Shown here piece after piece: positions 47,590 through 57,990 of a stretch of DNA of 64,000 bases. This DNA is from Candidatus Peribacteria bacterium (GTDB taxonomy: Bacteria; Patescibacteriota; Gracilibacteria; Peribacterales; Peribacteraceae). Under the pieces are notes generated by a model. That model was not told the origin of the DNA. It searched no databases and saw only the letters and a program-made list of their open reading frames with translations. Where the stretch lies: assembly GCA_041691135.1 (NCBI GenBank), contig JBEPVF010000007.1:13377-77376 (forward strand). The letters are read 5' to 3'. Made by a program: the position numbers and the translations under genes. The stretch's first letter is position 1. Each line of letters opens with the position of its first letter.

Positions 47590-48069
47590 ATGAAAAGAAG
47601 CTCAACCATATTTCTCCAGATCGTCATCGTTCTCCTCGGCATTGGTGCTCTTGCTCTGCTGCTTTGGGAGCCTCAAATCGAGGGCGTGAATGCGCATGCT
47701 ACGAACTTTAAGATTTACTTCCAAGATCCCTTTATAGCGCTTGCATACATAGGATCTATTCCTTTTTTCGCAGCACTCTATCAGGCATTCAAGGTATTGG
47801 GATATGCCGGACACGATAAGATATTCTCAAAAGAGGCGGTTAAAGCTCTGCGGACTATAAAGTATTGCGCAATAGCCATCGTTGGTTTTGTTGTGGCGGA
47901 AGAAATTTTTATTATGTCGGCCAATAGTAGTGATGATCGTGCCGGCGGAGTTTTTATGGGCATCCTCATTACCTTCGGCTCGATCGTTATCGCCACAGCG
48001 GCCGCGATGTTTGAACGGATTTTGCAAAATGCCGTCGAGATGAAGTCCGAAAACGATTTAACGGTTTAA
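47590..48069 (+). CDS. DUF2975-like membrane protein
   Basis: 4 TM helices; FSKEAVKALRTIKYCA; terminal KSENDLTV; TTGACA-18-TAAGAT upstream. Confidence 0.88.
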   Translation: MKRSSTIFLQIVIVLLGIGALALLLWEPQIEGVNAHATNFKIYFQDPFIALAYIGSIPFFAALYQAFKVLGYAGHDKIFSKEAVKALRTIKYCAIAIVGFVVAEEIFIMSANSSDDRAGGVFMGILITFGSIVIATAAAMFERILQNAVEMKSENDLTV

Positions 48070-48073
48070 TACT

Positions 48074-48274
48074 ATGGCAATTATCATCAACATCGATGTC
48101 ATGCTGGCAAAAAGAAAAATGAGCGTCACTGAACTTGCGGAGAAAGTTGGGATTACGATGGCTAATATTTCTGTGTTGAAAAACGGAAAGGCAAAAGCAA
48201 TCCGCTTCTCTACACTAGAAGCCATCTGCAAAGCTTTGGAGTGTCAGCCTGGTGATATTTTGGAATATAGATAG
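48074..48274 (+). CDS. YozG-like XRE helix-turn-helix regulator
   Basis: IDVMLAKRKMSVTELAEKVGITMANISVLKNGKAKAIRFSTL...CQPGDIL; canonical partner of DUF2975 genes. Confidence 0.93.
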   Translation: MAIIINIDVMLAKRKMSVTELAEKVGITMANISVLKNGKAKAIRFSTLEAICKALECQPGDILEYR

Positions 48275-48703
48275 GACTGGTTTCCGTTCACGAAGTATTG
48301 GCAGAACGACGGGGTCTGACACCAAAAAAGTTGAGTCCCAGACAAGGTTTTTGAGGGGGTCATTTTGAGTACTCGAAGGCCAAAGGGTCTGTGGGTCAAA
48401 TGAGACAAATGAGACAGTACAATAGGGGGTGTCTCATACTGGACAATATGACTTATTTTGGCTTATATAAGGCATTTATAAGCAACTATTGACTCAGGAT
48501 ACTTTTTGTAATCTGCCATCCCATTTTTCCAAGTCGCGGACCAATTGTGCAGAATGTGGGTCTCTACTTATCGGCGTTTGCATGAAATATATCGACAGAG
48601 GATGAGCGTTTTTTCTCAGAAAAAAATTCCTAATATATTATTAAGAAACTATTTCATATAAAAGAGAATGGTTCCCAACCACGTTTGAATTGTGTTAAAG
48701 TCA

Positions 48704-48734
48704 TTGACTATATATCCGTTACGGATATATAGTC
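48704..48734 (+). promoter_or_regulatory. promoter overlapped by perfect palindromic operator (PadR autoregulation)
   Basis: GACTATATATCCGT-T-ACGGATATATAGTC (14-bp arms, 48706-48734) overlaps TTGACT-18-TATAGT; ATG follows 6 nt after the -10. Confidence 0.85.
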
Positions 48735-48739
48735 TGAAC

Positions 48740-49072
48740 ATGCTCCATCCCGATCCTACCGTTCCCCTCACTCCCGCCGTCTTTCATATCCTTTTGGCAT
48801 TGCTGCCGTGTGAACGGCATGGATATGACATTATGCAGCAGGTGAAAACGGACTCTGAAGACACCGTGACCATGGGGCCGGGTACACTCTATGGCTCTAT
48901 TGACCGCATGATTGATGCGGAATTGGTGGAAGTGACACCTCATCGTCCCGAACATCGGCGAAGGATCTATTACAAGCTCACACAAAAAGGAAGGTCTACG
49001 CTGAACGCGGAAATACAGCGCCTTGAGAACGCCGTACACGTCGCTCGTAAACGCAATACCCAGCCCGCTTAG
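48740..49072 (+). CDS. PadR-family transcriptional regulator
   Basis: FHILLAL, HGYDIM, GPGTLYGSI and RRIYYKLTQKG motifs. Confidence 0.93.
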   Translation: MLHPDPTVPLTPAVFHILLALLPCERHGYDIMQQVKTDSEDTVTMGPGTLYGSIDRMIDAELVEVTPHRPEHRRRIYYKLTQKGRSTLNAEIQRLENAVHVARKRNTQPA

Positions 49073-49074
49073 TT

Positions 49075-49551
49075 ATGGAACACATCGGGAACTCCATCGG
49101 CTTTTCGCACCGACTGTACATATTATTGCTCCGGCTGTATCCGAGTTCGTACCGTAAGCGACACGGTGACGAGATGATTCAGATATTTGAAGACCTGGAA
49201 CGGGAAAACGACTCTTCAGTTGCCCTGTGGCTCTTTCTTTTGAAAGACCTTTGTATCAGCTTACCTCTTCAATATATGGAATATTTTAAGCGCTCTAAAA
49301 AACTCCAATTATCCATTCCGGCCGTGCTCATAGCCATATTAGGGTTAGGATCGTATCAGGTGCTTACGCTTAATAAAGCTCATAGTACATTCACCAACTA
49401 TGCCGCTTTTCGAGGGTGTACGCAGATAGTCAGCCGTAATACGACATCGGGAACGTGTAAAACAGCCGATGGCAACACGGTGAATATCGTAAATTTTAAA
49501 GACAAATGGTATCTGGCTGGCGACTTGCCATGTGGTTTTCTATGTTTTTAA
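49075..49551 (+). CDS. PadR-associated membrane protein
   Basis: LLRLYPSSYRKRHGDEM motif typical of genes following PadR; one TM helix. Confidence 0.72.
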   Translation: MEHIGNSIGFSHRLYILLLRLYPSSYRKRHGDEMIQIFEDLERENDSSVALWLFLLKDLCISLPLQYMEYFKRSKKLQLSIPAVLIAILGLGSYQVLTLNKAHSTFTNYAAFRGCTQIVSRNTTSGTCKTADGNTVNIVNFKDKWYLAGDLPCGFLCF

Positions 49552-49595
49552 GTTAACTAATGGGAGTCTGCGGCAATGGTATATCTCTGAATCCA

Positions 49596-50039
49596 TCACA
49601 CGTCAGCAGCCGGTTTCGATGCGACCAATCCTGCCGCGCTCATCAACTGCATAAGGTCGTTCGGATTGGCATAGAAGCAAATCACGGGCTTGTCTTTCAT
49701 AGAAAGGATATAGGTTGCTTGCTGGCGTACTTCAACGGGTTTCCTATCTTTGTGAAACAGCATCGTGACCTGCGCTTTCACAAGGGTATAAAAATCATCC
49801 AAGGCTACTTCCTCCACCGGTACTGTTTCTGAAGACTGTAAACCGAATGTATTGAACATCTCTTTTTGCTTTGTGACGGCAGCTGCGAAGTGCTCTTTTT
49901 TGATGACCTGTGTCCCTTTCGCATTGGCATACAGGAAACTCTCTGTGAACTCCGACAGAATGACTGGCAGGTCCAAGGCATTGCTGGCACGTGTGAACTC
50001 TGTAAAAAATTTCTGGACTGCGGGAGTGATGCTAATCAT
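49596..50039 (-). CDS. NTF2/SnoaL-like protein
   Basis: 147 aa with alpha-then-beta pattern (FF..F..A...LD...; FLYANAKG). Confidence 0.6.
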   Translation of the reverse strand: MISITPAVQKFFTEFTRASNALDLPVILSEFTESFLYANAKGTQVIKKEHFAAAVTKQKEMFNTFGLQSSETVPVEEVALDDFYTLVKAQVTMLFHKDRKPVEVRQQATYILSMKDKPVICFYANPNDLMQLMSAAGLVASKPAADV

Positions 50040-50240
50040 AGTGTTATGATATATCCGAAATATAATAATTTGTACACTCCATCGATATCACAATCGGTAG
50101 TGGATAGAGCGGCTGCTTTCTTACACGTTTCGTTTGCATAAATTGCAGAGTACAGTTGGGAATTATGAACCTTACGGCAACTGGACACTCGCCATTTTCT
50201 CACTTTGCAAGGCTGTTTATGAAAAATCCACACTAGCAAC

Positions 50241-50669
50241 ATGAAAAATATTTCACGAATCCTGTTTTGCATCATCATTGCTAACTATCTGGCTCAGATT
50301 GTTTATGCACAGCACGTCTATCATAACGTAATAGGGAAAAATCTGAGTGGCTTGCTTTTATTGGGTGCCACATTTTTCCTGTTCATTATTCCCTATTTTC
50401 TTCTTCAAAAAGGCATACGAGGCGGGTATGTCGGCATGATCTTCTTCTTGAGCGCCGAATTTTTGTTCTACTTCATGAATCTTATTTTTTCAATGATTCA
50501 CGGCTATCCGCCGTTCTTCCAATTGGCAAATCCTGACCGGATTCTTTTCATGGTTTTCCTCATTGGCTATATCAATCTTTTTGCTTCTGCTTATTATCTC
50601 TATTACCTGCTCAAAAATAGAAAAAAATGGAAAGCCCTGATGAAGCTGGGTAATGAGTCTCTTGTCTAA
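50241..50669 (+). CDS. four-TM hypothetical membrane protein (AT-rich)
   Basis: Four hydrophobic helices. Confidence 0.65.
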   Translation: MKNISRILFCIIIANYLAQIVYAQHVYHNVIGKNLSGLLLLGATFFLFIIPYFLLQKGIRGGYVGMIFFLSAEFLFYFMNLIFSMIHGYPPFFQLANPDRILFMVFLIGYINLFASAYYLYYLLKNRKKWKALMKLGNESLV

Positions 50670-50863
50670 TTATGCTCTGCATTTGCAATATGACGGTTCA
50701 TCGATTTTCAGGAATACAATTTATTCCTCCTCCTCTTCTGATTTCTGCACCACAAACTTCTTATTCATATATTTACTGAACTTTTGAGCTCCTTGCCTAT
50801 TTGCATTATCAAATATGACATACATGGACAACGTCGTCTCAGAGGTGCCTACTGATTGATGAT

Positions 50864-53800
50864 TTAGCGATGAGCAATGGGCAGAGAGAGCATGAAAGTG
50901 CTGCCGCTGCCTTTTCCCTCCTTCGAGACAAAAGAAATTTTCCCGCCCAGCAAATTGGTAAGAAGAGAGACCAGATAGAGACCTAGCCCCGTGCCGTCCG
51001 TGTCCTTGTCTACCACATTATCTCCGCGAAAAAACTTCTTGAAGATCTTTTTCTGCTGGTGGGCGGGAATGCCATAGCCGAAGTCCTGGACTGCTATCGT
51101 CAGCCCTTCCTTTTGTTTCTTTACGCGTATGACAATCTTGCCCTTTTCCGGAGAGTACTTCCGGGCATTGCTCAGCAGGTTTTTGATAATTTCTTTGAGA
51201 AATGCAGGATCGGTATGAATGGAGATTCTAGGAGGACAAACCAATGACACGGATTGCTCTTTGATGTCAGATTCCTTTTCTTCTGTGAACACTTTTTTCA
51301 GGAATGAACGCAAAGCGATTTTTGATAGTGTCATTTTCATCTCGTCTGACTCGATACGCGCGATGTGGAGCATTGTATCGATTGTTGCGGACATACGCTT
51401 TGCCGCATCCTTGCCCTCTTCCGCAAGCTTCCTATCCTCCGCATCACTTCCCTTTGTGGCCATATTTTTACTGAGCCGACCCATTCCCCAGCGCATGGCA
51501 GTGAGGGGCGTGCGCAATTGATGGCTGGCGAGCGACATAAATTCTGATTTTACTATGTCAATGCGACGCTCTCGGCTGATATCCCTGTACAGGAGCAAAT
51601 GTCCCGCCTGTGCTCCAGCATGAAAAACAGGAGCATAGTCGCAGAGCAGCACGCGACCGTCTTTTAGGAGTACTTCCTGTCCCAGAAGCGGGGTTGTCAT
51701 ATGCCATATTTCTTCAAGCTTCTTTTCATAGGCTTTCGGATCGATCACCTGCTTCAAGAGCACGTCGATAATGTCCGGCAACCGAAGCTCTTTGTCGCTG
51801 TAGTGTGCGTGATCCAGATTGAACAGCAGGCAGAGCTGTTCATTGACGTGCAACGTGCCCTGTTTGGCAGAGACAGCGAGTCCGGCCATGGGAATATTCG
51901 ACAGCATGTCTTTCATGATTTGCAGATGCGTTCGTTCCTCCTTTTCCTCTTTCTCGGTGACATCTTCGAAGGCCAGTAAAATGAGCCGTTCGCTGCTTTT
52001 ATCCAGCGGATCAATGGTACATGCGTTGAGGAGCATCGATTTTCGGCCAATAGAGGGAAATGTATGCTCCACCCTAAAATCATCGAATTGCGTATTCTGG
52101 GGAATAATATGCTCAAGAAGCTGCCGGAGTTCGGGGATATTCCACTGACCGTTGCCCAGATCGTAGATGAGCCGTCCGATTGTCTTTTCTTCGTTCGTTT
52201 TAAAGGCGCGATAAAACGTTCTATTGGCAGTCTGCACTCTCAATTCACTATCAAGAACGATCAGCGACTCGCGCACCGTTTTAAAAATCGCTTCTTTATA
52301 ATCTTTGGAAAATGTCAGTGCGCGGTTGAGCTCCGTCATTTCGATATTGCGGTTCTGCAGTTCGTCATTGACGGTGCTTAATTCCTCGTTGGTGGATTGC
52401 AGTTCTTCTTTTGAGGTTTCCAATTCTTCATTCGTGCTCTGGAATTCCTCATTGCTGGAGAGTGCTTCCTCATTTGCCGCCTGGAGTTCGTCGGTTGCCA
52501 TCTCGTGATCATGAATGACCGTTTGCACGTACTCACGCGCGAGTGCGAGTTCTTGCTCCAGTTGAATGATCAGCTTGTCGCCAGCCGAAATTTTTTCCTT
52601 GTTCTTGCCCTCCGGGGTGCCTTTCACAGCAGGAAGGAGTCCGCTATGGAACAGAATAAGAAAGCAGCGGGGTTCAGAGGACGTATCGAGGGGCAATATT
52701 TCAAAAGAAACATGCTCATCGTCAGCAATGCGAATACGTTCACTGCGTAGCGGCTCATTGTTTTTAAGCACGGTCTTTATGGCCGAATGGAGTTCTACCA
52801 ATAAACTCTCGCGTACCATCTTCAGCAGATTCAAACTGGCTTTTCCCACGGCTGGTTTCAGATACGGACTCGTATCGCCTCGGAATTCCAAAATTTCCAT
52901 ATCCTCATTGATGATCACTCCGGCGAGCGCGAAGCGGGCGAGAGTGGCCCTGTCCGCCTTTTCACCAAAGGACAGAGCGGACGCCGCGCTCTCCCGATCG
53001 AGTTGGCGTATCGCCAGACGTGATGGAATTTTGCCATCGGGCTGAGGAGTCGAGAACTTTCGGTGTACCCGGCTCGGCGCGACTTTACGGGAATAGATCT
53101 TCGCTTTTTTCTCTATCAAACCCAGAAGATCAGCGCACGATCCAACGGTCTCGGATTTACCAAGCATGAGGTATCCTTTTGGCTTCAGTGCATAGTGAAA
53201 TGTGGAGAGCACCTTTTTCTGCAGTTCCGGGGTAAAGTAAATGAGCAAATTACGGCAGGAGATGAAATCCAATTGGGAGAACGGCGGATCTTGGGCGACA
53301 TTTTGCTTGGCGAACACACAGAGGTCGCGGATTTCTTTGTTGATCTGGTATGTGTCACCCACTTTGGTAAAGAACTTTTTCAGACGCACGGGTGAAACAT
53401 CGAGAGCGATATTTTCGACGTAGATTCCTGCCCTCGCTTTTTCCAGAACCGGCTCGCTGATATCCGATGCAAATATTTGTATAGGGAATCCGGCGGCACG
53501 TTTTCCCATGTATTCTTTTAGACAAATGGCCAGAGAATAGGCTTCCTGCCCCGTGGAACAGCCGGGTACCCAGATACGCAGAGGGGCAGTTGCAGGGCGA
53601 TTTTTGAGGAGAAGCGGGAATACTTCTTTTTTCAGAGTTTCAAAGGCCTCCGCATCGCGGAAGAAACTCGTCACCGGGATCAGGAACTCCTGAGACAAGG
53701 CTTTCACTTCTTCCGGTTTTTTTCGCAGGAACGTCACATATTCGCTCATTTTTTTCATGCCATGCAGCGCAAGCCGCCGCTCAATGCGCCGCTGCAATGT

Positions 53801-54718
53801 CGAGTGCTTATATTGGCTGAAATCAATGCCGGTGCCGGTGCGCACCAGGCGGAAAATCTCTTCCAGGCCCGGATCCTTTTCGGGGAGTATCGCGGCCTGT
53901 GGCTGCACTATAGGTACCGCAAGCAAACGGGGCGCAAGGAGCGAAAGCTCGCGGGCGATCTTCTCGGGGGGAAGCACGAAATCCATATGGCCGGCGACGG
54001 CGGCACTGCGCGGCATGTCGCTGAATTTGGCTGAGGATTCGTCCTGGGCAAAGGTAATGCCGCCTTCGCTCTTGATCTCTTCCATGGCCAGCGTGCCATC
54101 CGATCCTGTTCCGGAAAGAATCACGCCAATGGCCATATTTTTCCGTTCACGCGCGAGGGAACGGAGAAAATAATCGATGGGCATATGCAATCCCTTCGTC
54201 GCTGAACGTGGCATCAATTTCAATTTCCCACGCCTTGTCGCCATATTGGTATTGGGAGGGATCACATACACGCGGTTCGCTTTGATACGCGTGCCGTTCT
54301 TCACGGTCTCCACCGACATGGCAGTTGCTTTCGACAGGATTTGCGTGAGCATGCTCTGGTGCGTCGGATCAAGGTGCTGCACTAAGACAAACGCCATACC
54401 CGTATCGACGGGCAGATGCTTGAGCAGGCGTATGAACGCGTCCAGTCCTCCCGCCGAAGCACCGATGCCGACAATGGGGATGTGCCGTGAGACCTTCCGG
54501 GAAATGCTCCGTGCAGGCTGGCCCTGCGCACGGGCAACCCGGACTTTGGCCGGGTTCTTTTGAAATCGAACTCCGGCTGCATGTGCTGGTGAAGCCTTCC
54601 CGGACCGTCTCCGCCGCTCACCGTGTGCCATCCCACGGATTTTTGAAGACAGGACGGATTCCACAGTCACTCCTTTCTGATCGGCAGCTTGCCGATGGTC
54701 CTTTTGTATGGGCTTCAT
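50864..54718 (-). CDS. CheB methylesterase-CheR methyltransferase-PAS-histidine kinase fusion
   Basis: CheB triad GASAGG/VQHL/SGTGSDG; CheR RIWVPGCSTGQEAYS and ISCRNLLIY; EELQSTNEEL coiled coil; PAS domains; SHQLRTPL, NLLSNARKY and GTGLGL. Start uncertain. Confidence 0.93.
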   Translation of the reverse strand: MKPIQKDHRQAADQKGVTVESVLSSKIRGMAHGERRRRSGKASPAHAAGVRFQKNPAKVRVARAQGQPARSISRKVSRHIPIVGIGASAGGLDAFIRLLKHLPVDTGMAFVLVQHLDPTHQSMLTQILSKATAMSVETVKNGTRIKANRVYVIPPNTNMATRRGKLKLMPRSATKGLHMPIDYFLRSLARERKNMAIGVILSGTGSDGTLAMEEIKSEGGITFAQDESSAKFSDMPRSAAVAGHMDFVLPPEKIARELSLLAPRLLAVPIVQPQAAILPEKDPGLEEIFRLVRTGTGIDFSQYKHSTLQRRIERRLALHGMKKMSEYVTFLRKKPEEVKALSQEFLIPVTSFFRDAEAFETLKKEVFPLLLKNRPATAPLRIWVPGCSTGQEAYSLAICLKEYMGKRAAGFPIQIFASDISEPVLEKARAGIYVENIALDVSPVRLKKFFTKVGDTYQINKEIRDLCVFAKQNVAQDPPFSQLDFISCRNLLIYFTPELQKKVLSTFHYALKPKGYLMLGKSETVGSCADLLGLIEKKAKIYSRKVAPSRVHRKFSTPQPDGKIPSRLAIRQLDRESAASALSFGEKADRATLARFALAGVIINEDMEILEFRGDTSPYLKPAVGKASLNLLKMVRESLLVELHSAIKTVLKNNEPLRSERIRIADDEHVSFEILPLDTSSEPRCFLILFHSGLLPAVKGTPEGKNKEKISAGDKLIIQLEQELALAREYVQTVIHDHEMATDELQAANEEALSSNEEFQSTNEELETSKEELQSTNEELSTVNDELQNRNIEMTELNRALTFSKDYKEAIFKTVRESLIVLDSELRVQTANRTFYRAFKTNEEKTIGRLIYDLGNGQWNIPELRQLLEHIIPQNTQFDDFRVEHTFPSIGRKSMLLNACTIDPLDKSSERLILLAFEDVTEKEEKEERTHLQIMKDMLSNIPMAGLAVSAKQGTLHVNEQLCLLFNLDHAHYSDKELRLPDIIDVLLKQVIDPKAYEKKLEEIWHMTTPLLGQEVLLKDGRVLLCDYAPVFHAGAQAGHLLLYRDISRERRIDIVKSEFMSLASHQLRTPLTAMRWGMGRLSKNMATKGSDAEDRKLAEEGKDAAKRMSATIDTMLHIARIESDEMKMTLSKIALRSFLKKVFTEEKESDIKEQSVSLVCPPRISIHTDPAFLKEIIKNLLSNARKYSPEKGKIVIRVKKQKEGLTIAVQDFGYGIPAHQQKKIFKKFFRGDNVVDKDTDGTGLGLYLVSLLTNLLGGKISFVSKEGKGSGSTFMLSLPIAHR

Positions 54719-54930
54719 GTGACTTGCAATCCTACACCTACTATTGCTTTTCGCATAATAGGTGAGGCGTGGAATGCGATCTTGAAAAAGGGAGAGGCAA
54801 GGTATGCCAGATGGCCTGTATGAAACACTTTTCGGCAAGGACAAGCGGTAAGCTCTGTTGCCCCTCAATCGTCATCACTATTGGCGTCACTCTTGCTCTT
54901 CGACCTCCACCCCCTTTCGCTCCTCTTTAG

Positions 54931-55201
54931 CCGCGGCAGCGTAAACCGCGGGGGCTCTGCCCCTTCGTAGTTAAGGCATTCAGGAACATGGCGGCTGCCG
55001 TGATCTTTCAATTGCTCGGCGTTGCCATCTTCGCCATCGGACTCAGTCGGTATCCGGCTTCCATCATTCTCGCCCATCTCTTCGACGTATCCGTTCGTGA
55101 CGATCTTGCTTGCCGTCGCGGTACTGAAAGAACGACCCCGCTGGCAGCAGTACCTTGGTGCGGGACTTATTCTTGGCGGCTTGGTGGTCTTGGCACTCTA
55201 A
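54931..55201 (+). pseudogene. EamA/DMT transporter C-terminal fragment with frameshift
   Basis: AAVIFQLLGVAIFAIGLSRYPASIIL in one frame continues as SSTYPFVTILLAVAVLKERPRWQQYLGAGLILGGLVVLAL* in another; shift near 55070-55080. Confidence 0.75.
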
Positions 55202-55398
55202 GAACAGGATCAGACAGATGGCCTTTTGCGAAGCACATAGAAAGGTGCTGCAATTTTAATTGCCGGATAACCGGAGACGCACCGGCCTTGAAAAGAACAC
55301 CGAGGATGAATTGCAATCGGTGAAGATTAGAAGCCGTTTTTCGGAGATGGAAGATATTCATCGAGAAAGGGAAGAATGAATGCGGTTATTTGCTTGGA

Positions 55399-55671
55399 TC
55401 AGGTCCGATCTTTAAAAAATGCCTCCGCTTCCTTCTCCATCTTCGCGAGGCGGGTGTAGTAGTCCGGGTACTCACGCAGATGAGCAAGGGCGATCTTGCC
55501 TGTCATGAGAGGATCATTATTCGTCACGTTCGTTTGCGGGTCATGCGCTCCGTGCTCTATCTCGACATTGATTCCCATAAGGAACTGCTCAATATCGAAT
55601 GGAGCAGTATTCTCGGAAATTCCGATTTTTTTAGCGATCTCTTGTGCTTGCTCCAGAGTGAATTGATGCAT
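55399..55671 (-). CDS. DUF5661-like small protein
   Basis: EQFLMGINVEIEHG...KIALAHLREYPDYYTRL. Confidence 0.8.
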   Translation of the reverse strand: MHQFTLEQAQEIAKKIGISENTAPFDIEQFLMGINVEIEHGAHDPQTNVTNNDPLMTGKIALAHLREYPDYYTRLAKMEKEAEAFFKDRT

Positions 55672-55716
55672 CGAATAATGAGGAATGAAGATAAAAAAGG
55701 TAAAAAGTCTGAGAGT

Positions 55717-57963
55717 TTATGCAGCTTTCAAAGTAAGTTGCGACTCGACGCGCTTCAGTAGCACCGCATTTGTTGCGACGATAATGGAAGAGACGGACAT
55801 GAGGAGGGCTGCAATTTCTGGTGCCAGAGAAATACCGAACGATGGATAGAACACGCCCGCAGCTACAGGAATGGCCAGGACATTATAGATCGCCGCCCAG
55901 AAAAGGTTTTGTTTCATCTTCCGAACCGTCGCCTTACTTAAGATGATGGCGCTGAGAATATCTGCTGGATCGGATTTCATGAGAACGATGTCGCCCGTCT
56001 CGATGGCTACATCCGTCCCTGCACCAATGGCGATACCTATATCCGCCTGTGCGAGTGCGGGTGCATCGTTGATACCGTCACCGACCATCGCGACGAACTT
56101 CCCTTCCTGCTGCAGCTTCTTTACATGCTCGGCTTTGTTCTCGGGAAGTACTTGAGCGAACACTCGGTCGATACCGAGTTCCTTTGCGACCACGTCTGCC
56201 ACCTTCTGATGATCACCTGTCATCATGACTACTTCGATACCCAGTGCCTTGAGTCCATCGATAGCCTTCTTTGCGCTCGGTCTGGCCGTATCGGCGACTC
56301 CGATGATACCTTGGATCTTTCCATCGACAGCAAGAAGGCTCAGTGTCTTCCCTGAAAGACCTTCAAGCGCTTTTGCCGCACTGGAGATATCAACTTTACT
56401 GTCCTGCATCAATTTCTCCGTACCCACGAGCACAGTCTTGCCATTGATGATCGCTTTCAGTCCGTGCCCGGCGATGGACTCGAATTTCTCGACGGGCAGC
56501 TTCTGTATCTTCTTCTCTTCCGCTTGGCTGACAATGGATTTGGCAATCGGATGATTTGATCCGGCTTCAATGCTCATTTCGTACTGAAGAACGTCGGATT
56601 CACTGAAGCCATTGAGAGGAACAATATCCGTGACCTTCGGTTTCCCTTCCGTGAGCGTCCCCGTCTTGTCGAGCACGATGGCTGTGAGGCGCGAAGTATT
56701 TTCGAGCGTGGCAGCATTCTTGATGAGGATATTATGTTTCGCGCCGATGCCCGTACCAACGGCGACGGCAGTGGGCGTCGCCAATCCGAGCGCATCGGGA
56801 CAGGCGATGACCACAGCGGAAATGGCGAAAGTGAGTGCAGTGATGATCGAGGCGTTACCGAACAGATACCATGCAAAGAACGTCAGAATTCCTGAGCCAA
56901 CAGCAACGACCACAAGGATGGCAGCGGCCTTGTCGGCAATGCGCTGTCCTGGAGCCTTGGAGTTCTGCGCGGTCTCCACGAGTTTGATGATTTGCGCGAG
57001 GACGGTATCTGATCCGACCTGCAGCGCTGTGAACTTCAAAGTTCCAGTGAGGTTCACCGAACCACCCACCACCTTCTCACCTTTCGCTTTGGAGACAGGA
57101 ATGGATTCACCTGTGACGAGGGATTCATCGATGGAAGATTCGCCCTCTATAATCTCGCCATCCACCGGCACCTTATCTCCGGGCTTCAAGACAACAATAT
57201 CGCCCTTCACGATCTCGGCGCTAGAAATGGTCACTTCCTTTCCATCTCGGATGATCGTTGCCTGCGGCGGGATCAAATCAAAGAGTGCCCGGAGAGCCTC
57301 CGAGGTGCCCCGCCGTGATTTCATCTCCATCCAGTGGCCAAAGAGCACGAACGTGACGAGCATTGCAGCTGCGTCGAAGAACGTCTCACCGCCGACGGTG
57401 AGGAGCAGGATGATGCTGCCGATATAAGCCGCCAGCACTCCGGTTGCGATGAGCACCGACATGTTGAGCTTCCGTGCCTTCAGCGAGTAGTACGTTCCCG
57501 TGAGGAAGATGGAACCAGCCCAGAGCACGACGGGAGTCGAGAGAATCAGGAGAAGCCAATTGACGGGAATCGGTGTCGGTAACTGCAATCGCAGGAGTTT
57601 CTGTCCCAGAGGGGAATATAAGATGATAGGCACAGTCAGGATCAGGGAGAGCCAAAAGCGTTTACGCATGTCAGCTTCCATTTGCTTGGCCATGCTGGGA
57701 TCAGTCATTGCGGCTTCGTGATCGTGATGGCTCATGGCTTTCATGTCATGACTCTCGTGCGGCTGAGAATCACCATGACTTTCATGTGTCTCATGTCCTG
57801 TCTTCTCCTTCACTTTGTATTCGTATTGCTTCGCTTCCATATCACAGCCGGAGGAGATACAGAGGGCTTGTGCACTGCAGCTCAGACATACCTTCCCGCA
57901 AGAGCAATGGGAATCTACATCCTGGGGGATGTCCTGCTGGGACGCATGTATGTGCTGTGCCAT
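55717..57963 (-). CDS. P1B-type heavy-metal (copper-type) translocating ATPase
   Basis: TGES, CPDALGLATP, DKTGTLT, HP, GDGINDAPAL, YN and MxxSS motifs; Cys/His/Met-rich N-terminus. Confidence 0.95.
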   Translation of the reverse strand: MAQHIHASQQDIPQDVDSHCSCGKVCLSCSAQALCISSGCDMEAKQYEYKVKEKTGHETHESHGDSQPHESHDMKAMSHHDHEAAMTDPSMAKQMEADMRKRFWLSLILTVPIILYSPLGQKLLRLQLPTPIPVNWLLLILSTPVVLWAGSIFLTGTYYSLKARKLNMSVLIATGVLAAYIGSIILLLTVGGETFFDAAAMLVTFVLFGHWMEMKSRRGTSEALRALFDLIPPQATIIRDGKEVTISSAEIVKGDIVVLKPGDKVPVDGEIIEGESSIDESLVTGESIPVSKAKGEKVVGGSVNLTGTLKFTALQVGSDTVLAQIIKLVETAQNSKAPGQRIADKAAAILVVVAVGSGILTFFAWYLFGNASIITALTFAISAVVIACPDALGLATPTAVAVGTGIGAKHNILIKNAATLENTSRLTAIVLDKTGTLTEGKPKVTDIVPLNGFSESDVLQYEMSIEAGSNHPIAKSIVSQAEEKKIQKLPVEKFESIAGHGLKAIINGKTVLVGTEKLMQDSKVDISSAAKALEGLSGKTLSLLAVDGKIQGIIGVADTARPSAKKAIDGLKALGIEVVMMTGDHQKVADVVAKELGIDRVFAQVLPENKAEHVKKLQQEGKFVAMVGDGINDAPALAQADIGIAIGAGTDVAIETGDIVLMKSDPADILSAIILSKATVRKMKQNLFWAAIYNVLAIPVAAGVFYPSFGISLAPEIAALLMSVSSIIVATNAVLLKRVESQLTLKAA

Positions 57964-57990
57964 GGCTATGCGAGGAAAAAAATGAAAGCC

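Noticed and set aside
47590-48274. DUF2975-like + XRE pair as a toxin-antitoxin or novel system
   Set aside because: It is the common yoaS/yozG-type membrane protein-regulator pair.
48275-48360. tRNA as island integration site
   Set aside because: No cloverleaf or T-loop GTTCRA consensus found here; GTTCGA hits I noticed elsewhere lie inside coding genes.
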